Notes under the pieces: generated by a model
What the model was told of the DNA's origin: nothing
Seen by the model: the letters and a program-made list of their open reading frames with translations, nothing else
Databases searched by the model: none
Origin: a virus
DNA: 64,000 nucleotides
IMG/VR virus record: IMGVR_UViG_3300029319_000004
Coordinates: 1 to 64,000 of that record
Direction: 5' to 3' (one strand)
Program-made: the position numbers and the translations under genes
Part shown: positions 42,477 to 56,400 of the stretch, in pieces
Layout: each line of letters starts with the position of its first letter
How positions within the stretch are numbered: position 1 is the stretch's first letter

Positions 42477-45400
42477 ATGACTGAAAAAAAAATTACAACA
42501 ATATCTGATCCATGGGCGTCGTGGAAAGCGTATGATGATTCTGAGCTTTGTCCAGAATCATCCACAATTGATGAGTATATTGGAGATGACGTAAGTCTGT
42601 ATGAGCAGCTGCAGCAGTTAAATAGCGATAAATACACCTCCAATAATACTAGTTCCGGTAGGTCCACCAGCTATTCTCAGGGTGTTGTTATCTCTGTTCT
42701 TTCTGGTAAGCATGCTAACAACGATGCTTCAACGCTTGGAAGAGAAACAGGCGCATTAAACGTTCGTGGTACTCGTCCTGTGCACGAAGAGGTTTCTGTG
42801 TTAGAGGGCAAAGCTCCAGCCCTCAGGGTTAAAGTTAAGTTGTTTTGTGAGCATCAGCATTTACCATGGCCGGAAGATGATAAAGATATAAAAACTATAG
42901 ATCAATACCCAGAAGCTGTTGCATTTGATGCCAGCATTGACGAAAAAGCTGTGGTAGCACCAGGCAGTGCAATATGGGTAGCATTATACAATTCAGATGA
43001 TGTTCACAGTGGGATTATAGGTGTGATAGTCAATGCGCTTGATGCGAACAAACCATCGGTTTCTACCGTAGACATTTCACCAAAAGACGGATTTAAACCA
43101 AAGTGTACCTCACCATTAAACATTTCTGATGGTGGACAGAACTATGTTGCAGATACAGTTTCTATTTTAGACAATGGACCATTAGTTCGTAGAGTTAAGA
43201 AAAAAATTCCTCTGGGAGTTTTTGGAAATGGAACAGCCCAAACTAAATCTCATTTTGTTGCTAGTCTTTTAAACTCTGATCCATCAACAGTTCAAAATTT
43301 AGAGGGACCAGCAGATTCTTTTAAAAATGCTTTTATATGGGTTGGCCATCTTAAGAACAATGGATATTTAGACCATGTAGATAGGCCATCAACAATAGGC
43401 AGAGAAACTATCATTTATGCACCAAAGTATTTTACTACTGCCCATCCGTATGAAATTATATATTATTTACATGATAGATCAGGATTTGGATTTTGCTGGG
43501 TTGACGGTCCAAAAACTACAGTTGAGCAAGCTATAGCAAATGCCTCACTAGAAGGAAATGACTTCTCACAGATCATAGGTCCAGCTATAAAAAACCTTAG
43601 TTTACTAGGTAGAAATTTTATATTGGTTATACCCGAAATGATGCACTCTAGAGGTTACGGAACACCAATTGCAGATGCGTCAAGGATACAAAAATATACT
43701 CTTGGACAGGATGTTGGAAAAGGAAGTGTTGCACAATTTGATTTAGTGCAAAGAGTAAACCCAGAAGTTAGTGGTAACGAGGCAGCTCTAGCATCTTTAC
43801 GCGCTAATTTACAACAAAAATCTTATAATCAAGGTGGAAAAACTCTTGCGTCAATAAATCGATTTGTAGAAAGACAATATTCTACTTTTGATAATTCTTA
43901 TACTGGAGGTAACTTTTTTAATTTTGATGCAGAGGTGCAAAGCACAATTCAAGCTTACTTAGGAAATGATTTAGGAACTCCAAATATAACAATTGTAGCT
44001 GACGGACTATCTTCTGTAACTTTAGCAGCAATGTCAATTGCGCCTGAAAATGGTCTACCAGGTTTAAGCAGTGTTGCGAATCTAAAAAGAATTAATTATA
44101 TTACTGCTGAGGAAGATTTTGGATTATATTCTCCTACTTTTAGTAGTTTTCCATCTATTGCATTATTTGAAAATTTAGTTTCTGGCATATCTGATATGGA
44201 ATTTAATTACGTTACAAAATATTCTGCCACTCTAAAGAATAATTTATTTTTTAGTCATGTAAATTTAGATGGACACTTTAGAACAATGTTTAAGCCTGGA
44301 TCAAATGGTCGAATATTTTCTAAGCCGGCTTCTGTTGGCGGTGGAACAGCAGATACAGGAATTTGTTTGCATCTGTCGTCAAACAAAAGTTTGTATGGGC
44401 TTACAATCCACAATGAATCAACAATTAATACAGAATTATTAAGAATGCAGAAGCCTAGTTTAAGTAAGGTTTTACAATCAGAAATTCCAAATCACGCTGC
44501 ACAACTAAGCACAAAGCCCTCTGTAGCCGCGATGCTTGAAGCAGAGTCAAAAATTAACAGCTTGAATGGAAAAAATGAATTTTTTAACGGTTTTTTGTTT
44601 GATTTTGTCAATAGTTCATCCGGAGGCCTTACGGCTTCTAGTCAAGTGTGTCTTAACCCAGATTGGAAAATATTTTGTCGTGCAGAGGACCCAACAACAC
44701 CTGACGAAGCAAAGTTTGTAAACATGGAGGAGGGAAGCAGACTTCAAACAATGTACAGTGATTGGTACGAAAATTACAAAGAAATTGTAAAACAAGAAAT
44801 GATACAAGAAGCACTTGTAGAAGTTGCGCACATAAACAGAAATCTTAATCTTTTAGATCAATCTTTTGTAGATGTTGGAAAAATGATAGAAGATTTTAAA
44901 AAGTCACAAAAAAATTATGATGCCTTAGCAGATTATTATTCAACATTTAGATTTTCAGATTGGGATCCATCTGTGGACGCTACAAACACTAATGCAGAGT
45001 CAATTTTAAGATCTGACATAAGAAATTTTCATATGGTAGAGGTGCTTGAGTTAAAAAGAAAAAAACTACAGGAAATTTACGATCAATACACTTCTGCTCA
45101 AATATCTTCTTTCTCTGACCCTGATTGTGCAACTCCTGCAACTTCGCTTGGGTTGTTGAAAAATAACAATATTTCTGGATCTCAAACATCAAATGCCTTT
45201 ATTGAGTGCGGTAGGCTAAGATTGTCAAATCCTGCTCCATCCTCTTACGCAGAATTGTCTAATTATATACCCTTTTATCCAACAAAACAAGATTTTGTTG
45301 ATCTTAAAAAAAATGATATTCAACAAGTTGAGGGCTATAAACTACTAGGTTTTAAGTATTTAACAAGGAAAGCTAACAGCAAGATAAGTTACCTAAACTC

Positions 45401-46166
45401 AGCTCAAACAGGCACAAAAGTGTGGCAGTGTATTGTTCCTATAATTGAAAAAAGTTGGGAAAATGCATGTGTTATATCAAAATATATTCCTTTTAGAGCT
45501 GCTTTTGGTTTTAGAGCAGATCCAACACCAAATTTAAAAGATAGCTTATCTTTACATAATTTAGGACTTGCTATCGATGTTGATCCTGCCCTTAGTCCAT
45601 CAGGGAATGATAAGACATCTGGTATTTTTACTAACTCTTGGAAGCTTGGAATCGGAGGAAATTATGAAATTGACCAGCTTGGAATATTTTCAGAAAGGTT
45701 TTTTGATTTGAAAAATAATGTTTATAAATCTTCTATTTTTACCGGAGAGACATTAATTACTACTGATGATTGGGATAGTGCTTATGGTGCTCATCGCGAT
45801 AAAAGTATTGGTGATTATTTAACTGGAATGCATAAAGGAAATGTTGTTTGCCCACTAGAATCAAATCCTCTTCTGTGGGTATTAGTTTTTTGCGAAACAT
45901 CCGGAATGAAATGGTGTAATTCAACTTTTATGAGAAAAAGATATCGAGGGGGGCAGAGATGGTCTCCACTAGAATTAAAAAAAATTGATAGAATTTTTGG
46001 TATCAATAATGTTGTTAGAAGAGTTGAAGCTATATCACACCGATCAACAAAAGGAGAAGCTCTAAACAACCACATGCAATTTCAATGGTGGAGCAATCGT
46101 TCCACAATAAAATTTGACGAAATAAGACAAGCAGAAGAGATAAATGGAGTTCAGGGTAAGCCCTAA
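42477..46166 (+). CDS. baseplate hub/gp5-like protein with C-terminal M15-type peptidoglycan peptidase
   Basis: SLHNLGLAIDVD (SxH-x2-G-x-AID) and distal HMQF; position directly before spike and wedge genes. Confidence 0.55.
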   Translation: MTEKKITTISDPWASWKAYDDSELCPESSTIDEYIGDDVSLYEQLQQLNSDKYTSNNTSSGRSTSYSQGVVISVLSGKHANNDASTLGRETGALNVRGTRPVHEEVSVLEGKAPALRVKVKLFCEHQHLPWPEDDKDIKTIDQYPEAVAFDASIDEKAVVAPGSAIWVALYNSDDVHSGIIGVIVNALDANKPSVSTVDISPKDGFKPKCTSPLNISDGGQNYVADTVSILDNGPLVRRVKKKIPLGVFGNGTAQTKSHFVASLLNSDPSTVQNLEGPADSFKNAFIWVGHLKNNGYLDHVDRPSTIGRETIIYAPKYFTTAHPYEIIYYLHDRSGFGFCWVDGPKTTVEQAIANASLEGNDFSQIIGPAIKNLSLLGRNFILVIPEMMHSRGYGTPIADASRIQKYTLGQDVGKGSVAQFDLVQRVNPEVSGNEAALASLRANLQQKSYNQGGKTLASINRFVERQYSTFDNSYTGGNFFNFDAEVQSTIQAYLGNDLGTPNITIVADGLSSVTLAAMSIAPENGLPGLSSVANLKRINYITAEEDFGLYSPTFSSFPSIALFENLVSGISDMEFNYVTKYSATLKNNLFFSHVNLDGHFRTMFKPGSNGRIFSKPASVGGGTADTGICLHLSSNKSLYGLTIHNESTINTELLRMQKPSLSKVLQSEIPNHAAQLSTKPSVAAMLEAESKINSLNGKNEFFNGFLFDFVNSSSGGLTASSQVCLNPDWKIFCRAEDPTTPDEAKFVNMEEGSRLQTMYSDWYENYKEIVKQEMIQEALVEVAHINRNLNLLDQSFVDVGKMIEDFKKSQKNYDALADYYSTFRFSDWDPSVDATNTNAESILRSDIRNFHMVEVLELKRKKLQEIYDQYTSAQISSFSDPDCATPATSLGLLKNNNISGSQTSNAFIECGRLRLSNPAPSSYAELSNYIPFYPTKQDFVDLKKNDIQQVEGYKLLGFKYLTRKANSKISYLNSAQTGTKVWQCIVPIIEKSWENACVISKYIPFRAAFGFRADPTPNLKDSLSLHNLGLAIDVDPALSPSGNDKTSGIFTNSWKLGIGGNYEIDQLGIFSERFFDLKNNVYKSSIFTGETLITTDDWDSAYGAHRDKSIGDYLTGMHKGNVVCPLESNPLLWVLVFCETSGMKWCNSTFMRKRYRGGQRWSPLELKKIDRIFGINNVVRRVEAISHRSTKGEALNNHMQFQWWSNRSTIKFDEIRQAEEINGVQGKP

Positions 46167-46182
46167 CGCAGAGGTTACATAA

Positions 46183-47481
46183 GTGTCATTAGATATTAAA
46201 ACAAGAGAATATAGTACATCTGTTAATGGTGATCTAAAAAAAGTTCATAGCGTGTCTGTCGTTGGCCCAGCAGGCCCAATCAAAACACTACAAACACAAG
46301 ATGTCAAAGAAGCTAATGATTTTGTATTAAAATCTCTGGATGAATATCCTAATGCAACAATAAATGGGGAAAATACAGATGAGTCTCCTTTTACTTCTGA
46401 TGCGCCTGCGTTTAAGCCCTCCAAGAAAATAAATGAAGATCCTCCAGGGCTGGCAAGTAGTGGCACAGCAATCAGTAACAAAGCTCCTACCCCTAATCTC
46501 AATAATCTTTCTAGTCGCTTGCCGCAAATAAGAAAATCTTCAAAGAAAAAAGCAGTTGATTTAAGTGGTTTGTCTGTTGAAAAACAAAGAATTTATAAAC
46601 AAAGTTCTAAACAAGAGCGCATAGATCGTGGTCTTATTGGTCCTTTTTGCGGAGAAACTATGGAGGCTGTGCCTAATAGGATAACAACAAAAGGAGAAAA
46701 AATTATTGGTAAATCACCAACTAGTCCAGCTTTTATTGTTTGTGGTCGTGATCGTCCAAGATCCACAGCTAGTGGATATGGCGGTAAAGGCCACACTCAA
46801 TCTAGTTGTATTGATTTGGTTGCTGGTCTGGGAGGCTATAAGCCAAAGCAAGTTGATTCTAGCGATAATCCAGTCTATACAGATCCAGATATGTTTATGG
46901 ACGCTGCAAGAGTTTACATATCTCAAAAAACAGATGTGGATGAAAATTTTGCAATCGGAAAAAAAGAAACATATTTTAGATCTAAAGCGAAATCTGCAAT
47001 TGCTGTGAAGGCAGATCATGTGAGAATTATTGGAAGAGAAAGTTTAAAATTAGTTACTTATACTGATAGAATGAATTCTCAAGGGGGAGAAATAAGATCT
47101 TGGTCTGGAATTGAATTAATGGCGAATAACGATGAAGACGGTCTTCAACCAATACCCCGTGGCGACAATCTAGCACTGGGATTAAGAAAACTTAGTGTTA
47201 ATGTGGAAAAATTAGCAAAAATTTTAAGTGGATTTATTGAATACCAAGGGGTATATAACGAACAGGTTGCTGAACATACACACGTTGCTCCTTTCTTTGC
47301 AAAGCCCACGCTTCCAGACCCTAACATTATTAAAGCCGGCTTGCAACAAAGCACTAATGCTTTTTCAAAAAGTCAAATGAGCATATTAAAAATTTTAACA
47401 AATTTAGCCGGCTTTAGACACAATTTTCTTGTTGAGAGCGGCAAGAGTTATATTAATAGTAGATACAACAAGGTTAATTAA
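46183..47481 (+). CDS. putative baseplate spike/hub protein
   Basis: Beta-rich IDLVAG...ARVYISQK...SAIAVKADHVRIIGRE; context. Confidence 0.45.
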   Translation: MSLDIKTREYSTSVNGDLKKVHSVSVVGPAGPIKTLQTQDVKEANDFVLKSLDEYPNATINGENTDESPFTSDAPAFKPSKKINEDPPGLASSGTAISNKAPTPNLNNLSSRLPQIRKSSKKKAVDLSGLSVEKQRIYKQSSKQERIDRGLIGPFCGETMEAVPNRITTKGEKIIGKSPTSPAFIVCGRDRPRSTASGYGGKGHTQSSCIDLVAGLGGYKPKQVDSSDNPVYTDPDMFMDAARVYISQKTDVDENFAIGKKETYFRSKAKSAIAVKADHVRIIGRESLKLVTYTDRMNSQGGEIRSWSGIELMANNDEDGLQPIPRGDNLALGLRKLSVNVEKLAKILSGFIEYQGVYNEQVAEHTHVAPFFAKPTLPDPNIIKAGLQQSTNAFSKSQMSILKILTNLAGFRHNFLVESGKSYINSRYNKVN

Positions 47482-47486
47482 AATAC

Positions 47487-50400
47487 ATGTCTTTAACTGC
47501 AGCAAAACAAAATGAAGCAAAGTCATCGTTACTGGATATAAAAAAAATATTAGGACTTTTAATTCAGTCTGATTCTGAAATAGAAAAATTATCTGCGCTA
47601 ACAAGCATTGGAGTAGATTTTGATAGTTCAGGATATAATACCATCAAAGAAGATACTGATTCTCCTGATTCTACTTTCGAAAATGTAGCCTCCTCTCTGC
47701 TTTCTTTAATGACAGAGTCATCAAATCTTTTAGCAGCGCTTAACGATGTTAATCTAGAAGAGAAAGAAAGTTTAAGTCTTTTTACGGAAGGTGCATCAAC
47801 TTTAGCTGATATCATAGACAATATTGATCCAAAAGTATATCAAGATCCTAAATTATGGTTTAAGGGGTTTCCAACTGATTGGATTGGCAATGTGCAGCCA
47901 TCTTCATATGAAAGCCTAGTTAAGCAATTTTGCAGAAGGATGCAGTATGATGTCGAAGACGCTGGAGGTGTATCTAATTTTGATCCTAAGACTTTCTTAT
48001 TTCAAGCTTTATCTAATTCTTTAAAAAAATACTCATCTCTATTTGGAAAAAGTTATTTTAACAGAAGACCAATAGAAGCGCCTCCTGGCCCAATTGATAT
48101 CGCTCAAATGATGCCAGTTGATGAAAATTTAGAAACAAAATTTCTTCCAAAAAACATCAATGCGACTCACTATATTGGCGCCCTAGAGCCTGCAGTTAGT
48201 TCAGCAGGCGCAAGAGAAGAAGATTATTTACCTGTTAGATTGGCGCCAGGTGCGTATCCAACACCCTTAGCTAGTGGCTGGGATGATGAGGGATATAAAC
48301 TATTAAATAAACAAGGAAAATTAGTCAATCAGTCTCACCCTCGTGAAAATGGAATAGTTATTCCTATAGGAACACAAGTTTTTGTAACTGAAGTTGTTCT
48401 TGGTCTTTCTGGCGTGTGGGTAGGATTTATTCCTTTAGATTTAAGCGGTCAGCAAAAGTCTGCTTATGAAGCTGCAACTAAAAAAAATCAAAACATACTC
48501 TACACTCATGTAGATTATCTTAGAAGGTTTGCATCTTCAGATCCTATGGCAGTGTTATCTCAAACACTAATTCCTTATGATGGTCAAGATCCTAGAGCTA
48601 GTACCATGCAAGGTGCTTCTCTTATAAAACCTGATTCAAATCTAAACTGGACAACTTTGGGCTATGGCGATGTTCACTTAGCCTATTATAACTTTTTAGA
48701 ACACAATAATAAATATCCAATTTATTTAGACGCAGATGATAATCCATCTGTTAGCGAACCTGATAATCTTGAAGCTATAGGTGCAATGTTTTCTAGGCCT
48801 CGTGGAAAATTTTCGGAAGGTTATTATTATTTTGCAACTCTTGATACAACTCGTCCAACAGTTGGAGAACTTTTAGAAAGCATTTCTCCTGGGCCTGGTG
48901 TAGAAAATTCAAACGAAATGAGAGAGGCGAAAGAAGAAGCAGCAACTAATGCAATTAGTGAATTAACGCCTCAGGCAATAAAAATTATTTTAGAATATGC
49001 TGGAAAACAAATTCCAGACGACCTTCTCAGTTTTGAATCATACTATATTGCTCCTGTAGCTCAAAACTTATCAACGCGTGGTGGAGAAAACAATGCAAGA
49101 ATTCTTTTTGCGATGCCAGCACAAGTAGTCGACGCGCTTCCGAATTCGAAAAACATATATTATGATGATTTTAATTCTGATCTAAAAGACACTTTTAACG
49201 GTAAAGATTACACATTTACAATAAAAATATCTGATATTCCAAAAATATCTGAAAAACTAGTTCAGTTTTTAGAAAATATTAAATCAAAATTAGATACGTT
49301 TACTCAAGAGGGTGGGGCTATAAAAAATCCTAATGGAATTGATTATAATATCGAATCTCAAATAACAAGGATTGAAGAGTTCCCCATAATATTAAATGAT
49401 TTTTTGCAAAGGCAAAGCACAGCTGGAGAAAGAGATGTTTTGTCTGAGCATCTTTCTTTAGGGACAAACATTGAGGGAGAAGCATTAATACAGTTTGGAA
49501 TAAGAGACAATGGACAAGTTGGAGGGCAAGTAAGACAGACAGTATCTTTTGTTCTTTATAGTCCAGATCCAGATAGACTAGTACAGTCGAACAGGAAAGA
49601 GTTTGTTACCTTAGATCCTTATTTAATTGATGAAGAAAAAAATGGTTTAGCAGTGCCAACTAGGACTGGAGTTGTACTAACGAAGGCGCTACCTTGGTTG
49701 AGAGATAAATTTCTTGATGCTGAAGGTGCAAGGACTCTTCACTATTTCATGTCTCATAGAAACTTAATTGAGTTTGATTCTGAAACAGGCGCAGACTTGA
49801 GACTAAATGAGTGGGTTAAGTTTTTGCAGGCATATACTGTTCCTCCGTTATTAATAAAGTTATCAAAGGAAAAATCTACATCACCAGAGCAAATAGACTG
49901 TAAAAAGCTAGTTGATGATTTATTGAATTCTCCCAGCGTTGTTGGGCCAAAAGATAAAAAGTTAAGAGAGCTTGTAGAAAAAAGATGCGGTAAAGAGTAT
50001 CTTGAAGCGGTTCTGCAAGATACAGATGCTAGTGATTCTGAATCATCAGAAAAAGCCTTAGAATTTAAACAAAAAGCCTCTCAAAACCCTGGCTCCTTTG
50101 GCAATTCTAAAGCAGCTGCTCATTTAACTTTATTATATAGACAGTTTCTTCATAAGCTTGACCCACAGGGTTTAATTGCTTTATTGATGGCATGTCTGCA
50201 GGAACAATTAGGTATTCCGCTAACAGCAGAAGCGCTTTGTGAGGTTGCAATAGAAAAACTTATTGAAGCAGCTGGGGTTGAAGAAATTAAAAAAACAATT
50301 GTAAAAGCAGTGCCTGAACTTGCTTTGTTTTTTCCCGAGCTTCGTGTCGCTGAAAGGCTTGGCGACATTAGTGTAATGAACCCTGATCCCTATGATTATG

Positions 50401-53400
50401 ACAACTCATCTGAAAATTTCGCTGCTTCTTTCGGCGAAATAATGTACCCCAGCGAAAGTGAATATGAGGATACGCTAGGAGAGGATGGAACTAGTATTTT
50501 TCAAAAAGAACATATTATAAATCAAAATATATATACTAATGCTCCAATTGCTGCAGGCGTAAAGCTTTCAAATCCTAAGTTTCCCCAAGACAAAATAATT
50601 TTTATTGCGAAATTAGAAAGAGTTGGGTATCCTATACCTCTTGTTCCAACTTCAAAAACTAATTCTATTTCTGGAGGGGGACTTTCATATCTTGCAGAAA
50701 AACAACAAATATATCTCGATAAAGGATACAGCGAGTATGAAGCAAGAGCCGCTATGGTACGAGATGGAGATTTAGAAGTTCATGAAGAGTTTTTAAATAG
50801 AGACATTGAAATTAATCCATACGAAGCAGCTCAAAATAAGCTTCAAGGAGCAGAGAGCGCCTTTTCTGACATAAGTGATGCATTTTACAATGCAGGTCAG
50901 CGAATGAATAATCTTCCGCCAGGCACTGACGTGCTTTTAGGAACAGGAGGATCTGAATTATTAAACGCAGTTGGAGCAACTGCTGAAAGTGCAGAGCAGT
51001 TCTTGGGATATTTAAAAAGAATTATTGACCTTCAACAACTTTGTGAATTATTGGTTGGTCCAATACTTCAAGCACCAGGATTGTTATTTTCGGATCCTAA
51101 CAGTTTTGTAAGTAATTGGGAAAATTGGGCGGCTAATTTAAAAGATTCACTAATCAGGCAGTTTAAGCCACCAGATTTTAATATTCCTAAGCTAGGGTTG
51201 CCAGATGAGTTGTCAACTGACGATTTGATTGGTGATTATGCTACAAAACTTGAACAACTAATTGTTGGTGCGATTGGAATGATTTTAGGAGAAATTTTAA
51301 ATCTTCTACTAAAAGAGCTTTTAGAGAAATGCTTTAATAATCCTCAAGACAATGACTCAACAGGACCTCGGCCTGTTGGATCTGAGCCATCAATCCCACT
51401 TCCAATCATAGATGACTTAAGCACTCGTTTGCCATCGGGAGCAACACGACCAGATTGGCCAGGTTGGTGGGCTGATATGATTGGCATATTGTCTAACCAG
51501 CAGTTATGTCGATTGTTAAAATTTAACGCAACCAGAGAAGAAATAGATATTGTTCTTGATAGAACAGATAAAAAATGGCCAGAATGCTGGGAAGCCGGAA
51601 TGGACAACTCTGCAGACGTTCAGATTACGTTTAAGCAGGCTGGTGATCGAATGCGTGCTACTGGAGATTTAGATATATGCGACGCAATTCAAGCATTAAC
51701 TCCTATTTTAGTTACTGCATGTGATGCAAAATATGATTATGATGCTCGTTGTGCTGAATTGCAAATGAACGGCCTAACCAAAGAAGAGTGTGATGAGCAA
51801 ATAAGACAAGAAATAGAGGATTTAAAAAACAAATTAAAATTGTTTTCTAGTAAATTATTTCCTGGGGAAGATGACACTTTTGCAGGGGTACCCGAACCTT
51901 GCGGTCCAGATGGTTATTTTGTTTTACCGCCCATGATGGAAAATACAATGGGTAGGATAACGGACAACTATTTGCGTGCAGTAAAAAGATCTGTTTTGGA
52001 TGATTTAACAACTATGGAGTTTTTCTCAGTTCCTCCTAAGGCATATGAAGCTATTAATGATCCCGAAATTCTACAGTCAACTTACAACCTAGCATTGAAA
52101 GCTACTTCTCAGGGAGCTTCGAAAGAAATAAATGCAGTAATGCCTATTCAAAAGCACTCTTTTTTGACCCAGATGGGTCTCTTCGAGCCGCGTGATTATG
52201 AGAATCTTGATGTAAATGAAAGCCCTACGCACCTGCCATTAACCTATTCGACTGTTGGTTACAATCTTTATCTTTTTAAAATTGGCGCAAATCAAAGCGA
52301 TATTACATCTGAGGAAGTAGAAACCATAAGTGCTGATGATTGGTTTGGACATCCTCCAGAGGGATTTATAAATTCTAAAACATATCAAGACACACTCCGC
52401 TCAGGAGATGGAACTTTAGTTCTTCCAGCTTGTTCATGGAATTCTACAATACCAAATCCTCATTCTAAAAATAACATACCTCAACTATCACAAGTTACTG
52501 GTGCCACAAACTTTTTATCTGCATTAAGTATTTTTAATATGTCTCTCAATAATCAAAATACTAATATTAGTGATGCATCTGAGCTTAACGTTGTTCTTAA
52601 CAATATTGAAGATCAAGTAGAAATATTACAAGATATTTTTGAAAATTCATTTTTAGGTTCGGAGATGTTTAATGTTTTTATAGAAGATGAACTATCAGAG
52701 GAACTCTTTGGTCAAAGAGTTTACAATCTTACAAAAGAATCAGAAGAATTTATAAAAGCTAATCGCCTTGGGTTTATTGAACTTAAAACAACTGATGATT
52801 TAAATTATGACTTGCCAGCCTCACTTGGAGGAATTGGTGCAGCCGGAACTAAAAAATATTGGGGATACTGGGAGCCTGGAGCAAGTTATATGGGAGATGC
52901 TACGAATGAGTATTCCGGAGCAAACTATTTCTCATCTAACGTTGGTCTCTTCAAAACTCTTACTGAAGAAGAAAAAGAGCACATGCTTAAATTAAGATCT
53001 AATGCTTTTGATGATCGATTAGCTGCCAATCTAAAGTTATTAAATAACTTTGCGCCAGGAATTTTTCCTGTTACTAGGTTTGAAGAAATAAAAAACTTTT
53101 TGGTTCAATACGCGCCAGATGATATTTATTCAGTTCTAAAAGAAATTCTTCCTGGTCCACCAACGGAAGCACAATCTAAAAAATCTGCGGCCCTTCTTTT
53201 GACTCACACTGAGTTTGAACTTATTCAAAAAAGAAAAAGATCTATAAGTCCAGAAATTAATGTCGATGCAGGCATGAGAATGCTTAATGAAAGCATGCTT
53301 GATATGATTACTTTAGATACTCCAATGAGTGACTTATTTGCCATATCTGAAGACAGAGAGCAAAAATTTAAAAAATTTCTTGGCCGGTTGCTTGCCGACC

Positions 53401-56400
53401 AGAAAAACGCAAAAAATGCTGCTAAAATGCCAAAGAAATTAGCTAATATGGCTGAGGGTGGCGAGCCGCATTTTGCTTTCTTGCAAATGATGGCAAGCTT
53501 TATTGGCTGTGATATGTCAAGTATCCCATTGGAAGTGCTAGGTGTAGATGTGGCACAATTAGTTCAGTTCACAACAGATGATATTCCGGTTACTGATCAT
53601 GAAAAAGTAGACAGTGGAGTTAACATTGAAGAAGGTGGTGGTAGAATTCACTACTATAAACAAGATGTAAAGAAAGCTAGTTGGCAGTATAAGTTTTACA
53701 GATGGATTACTAACCACTCAGATTTTCACATTCAAACACTTTGGGAGCAAGATCTTCCATCTTATTCAGTAGGGGGAGGAGTATATCAAGAGGAGTTTTT
53801 AGTTGATAAAGAAGGAAACCATAGCGGCGATACAGCTCACCACTACTTTGTTTCCAATGTAAGTGTTGGAGATTCACCAATATTTAAAGCGATTCGTCAA
53901 ATTGCACTACATGCTAGGAGCAGTGATGAAAATCTCCTACAAGCTTTTACTCATATGCCAATTGGAAAAGCTACTGGCTTAACACCAGAAAGGTTAAATA
54001 AAATATTACCAAACTGGACTGGTTTTTTTGGATTAATTGAGGGTGTATTTTTGGATAAAACACCAGGACTACTTGCAGACTCAATGAGGACAAATTTCGG
54101 CAACGACCACACAGACCTGGATCCAGGGATATACATGGGCTATATCCAAGATATTTTTCGAGTGCCTCAAGTAGAGGTTTCTGCATTGGCTTTAAAAACA
54201 ATGCATCGAGGAAATAATCCTTTAGAAAATACTGATTTATGCGAAATGGTTCCCGCTCTTTCAAAAAAGCCTGTTAGCGAAGCTTTGATTACAATGTTTG
54301 ATAATCCTTCAGAAACAGAAGTTTTTTCTCGTGGTCTTTATGAGAGAAGCACAATTTTAACACCAGGCGATCCATACAGTCTTACTGGAACTCCGTACAA
54401 GCGAACATTTAATAATCTTACATTCATATCAGAACAAGTTCCAGGACTTACAGAATCTCCTAGAGCTTGGTATGGAAATACTAATTTTAATCCAAACATT
54501 TTTTATTTTGATATGCCATTGAAAAGGTCTACAACCCTAGCTCAAGCTTCTAGTGTTTCAAAAAGACTTTTAGACTCACTAGCTACACCAAGTCAAGTAT
54601 CAAATGCGGGAACGCCATCTGCTTCAGATTTGCCTCTTGTGGCATTATCAGGAATGCGAAGTTCTGCATTAAATAAAATTTTGATTTATCAAGAGATCCC
54701 TTTGGGCTCTGTTCACACACAAAAAGCCTTTAGCAACGATATAAAAGATTCTTATTTTATAACAAAATCAAAAGTCGTCTCAGTAGAGGGTGTTGATTCA
54801 AAATCATTTATATTAAGCGATTCCCAGCCAAATAGAGTCAGCCCTATAAAACAAGAAAGTCAGTTAATAAATCCAGAGTATAGTTTTAACATTTTTGAAG
54901 ATTATGATGATGATGTTAAAAAATTAATTTATGATGTTGTTGAGAAAGCAAAAATTAAATATCTTGATGCATCTTATTTAAATCAGCCGTTCCCTGAGCA
55001 AAATTTTTCTTGGGGGTTTGGAGAAGTTAGTGCATCTGATAGAAAATATGATACTCCATCAATTTTTGCTAGTCTAGTGATGTCAAAGCTACAAGATATG
55101 ATGGATGAGTATGCTGATGGGCCAGGGACAGAAGATTCTACACCAGACTATATTGAGCGTTTTCTGCCCTGGATTTTCAAAAACCGAGAATTTTCTGCTT
55201 GTAGGTTAGCGTATTCAAATAAAGTTTTTGGAAAATTAAGATTTTCAAGATTAAATCACAAAAATTTTATGACATCGATGTGGAAAAAAATTCTTAAATC
55301 TCCTCTATCAACACCAAGAACAAATAAGCAGTGTGAAGACGTTTTAGATTCTATAAGCAGAACAAGTCAAGACACAGAAAAAACAGAAACTGATTTTTTT
55401 CAAATAGATAAAATTAAACCTCAAATTGTTGAATTTTATAAAAAATCTGTCTGTGCTGATGTTTATGATCAGTCAACTGACGTGTATAACTCTACTCATC
55501 GTGCCTTAATAGAAGGCGCAGTATCCTTAATGATTAAAATTCATGTTTTAGAGATGTGTTTAGCAGGAATAATAGCTTGGGATTGTTATAATCTAAGTGA
55601 TGTATTTTCTGAAAGAATAATTTCTAATATAATCACTAAAAGATTGAGAGAATTATTTGACGGCGATTCAGAAGAGTATGAGGACTTTTTGTTGTTTGCT
55701 GAAAACATAGCTAGAAAAGAAACAAATGTAGTTAGTTTTGCCGCAAGAACTCAAGTTAAAAATCAAACAGGTCTGGAGTATCTCATACAAAAAGAAGCGG
55801 AAAATATTGATTCAATTGTAAGACCAATGTTTAGAAATTCTAGACCAATGAATACTAATTTATCTCTAAATGTTGTTGACTCCTCTGATGACAGTCTTTT
55901 GAAAGAGTTGGCAGCTGTTAGTTTGAGACAAAATGTTGCAAAAAAAGTTTTTCAATGTGAAGATGTGCCAAATATATTAGTAAATCAAGCTTTAAGTTCA
56001 TACCCGCCAATATCAGATGACGATGTAAAGAATGACGCAGAAAGATTATTAAAAATAGAAGAGGAATCGCTTTATTTTAATTCATTCTCAGAAAGAGATA
56101 TAACTTATCCTGCTATAAATCATTTTGTTGACAATCATTATACTCATAATTATTACGATGCCGTGCTACAAAATAGATATCATTATACACGCGGGCTATA
56201 TGAAAGCATGGATGGTCTGTCGACAGAACACGATTTAAAACTAGTATATTCAAGTAAACCAACTAATGATCCTGAAACTGCAATGGATTTTTCAAGCTTG
56301 TTGTCCAAGCTTTCACAGAGAAATTTCTTACATTCAGTTCCATTAAATTATTTTCCCGAAGCAACTCTAACTGAACCGAGAGAAATGCAAAACCTTGTTC

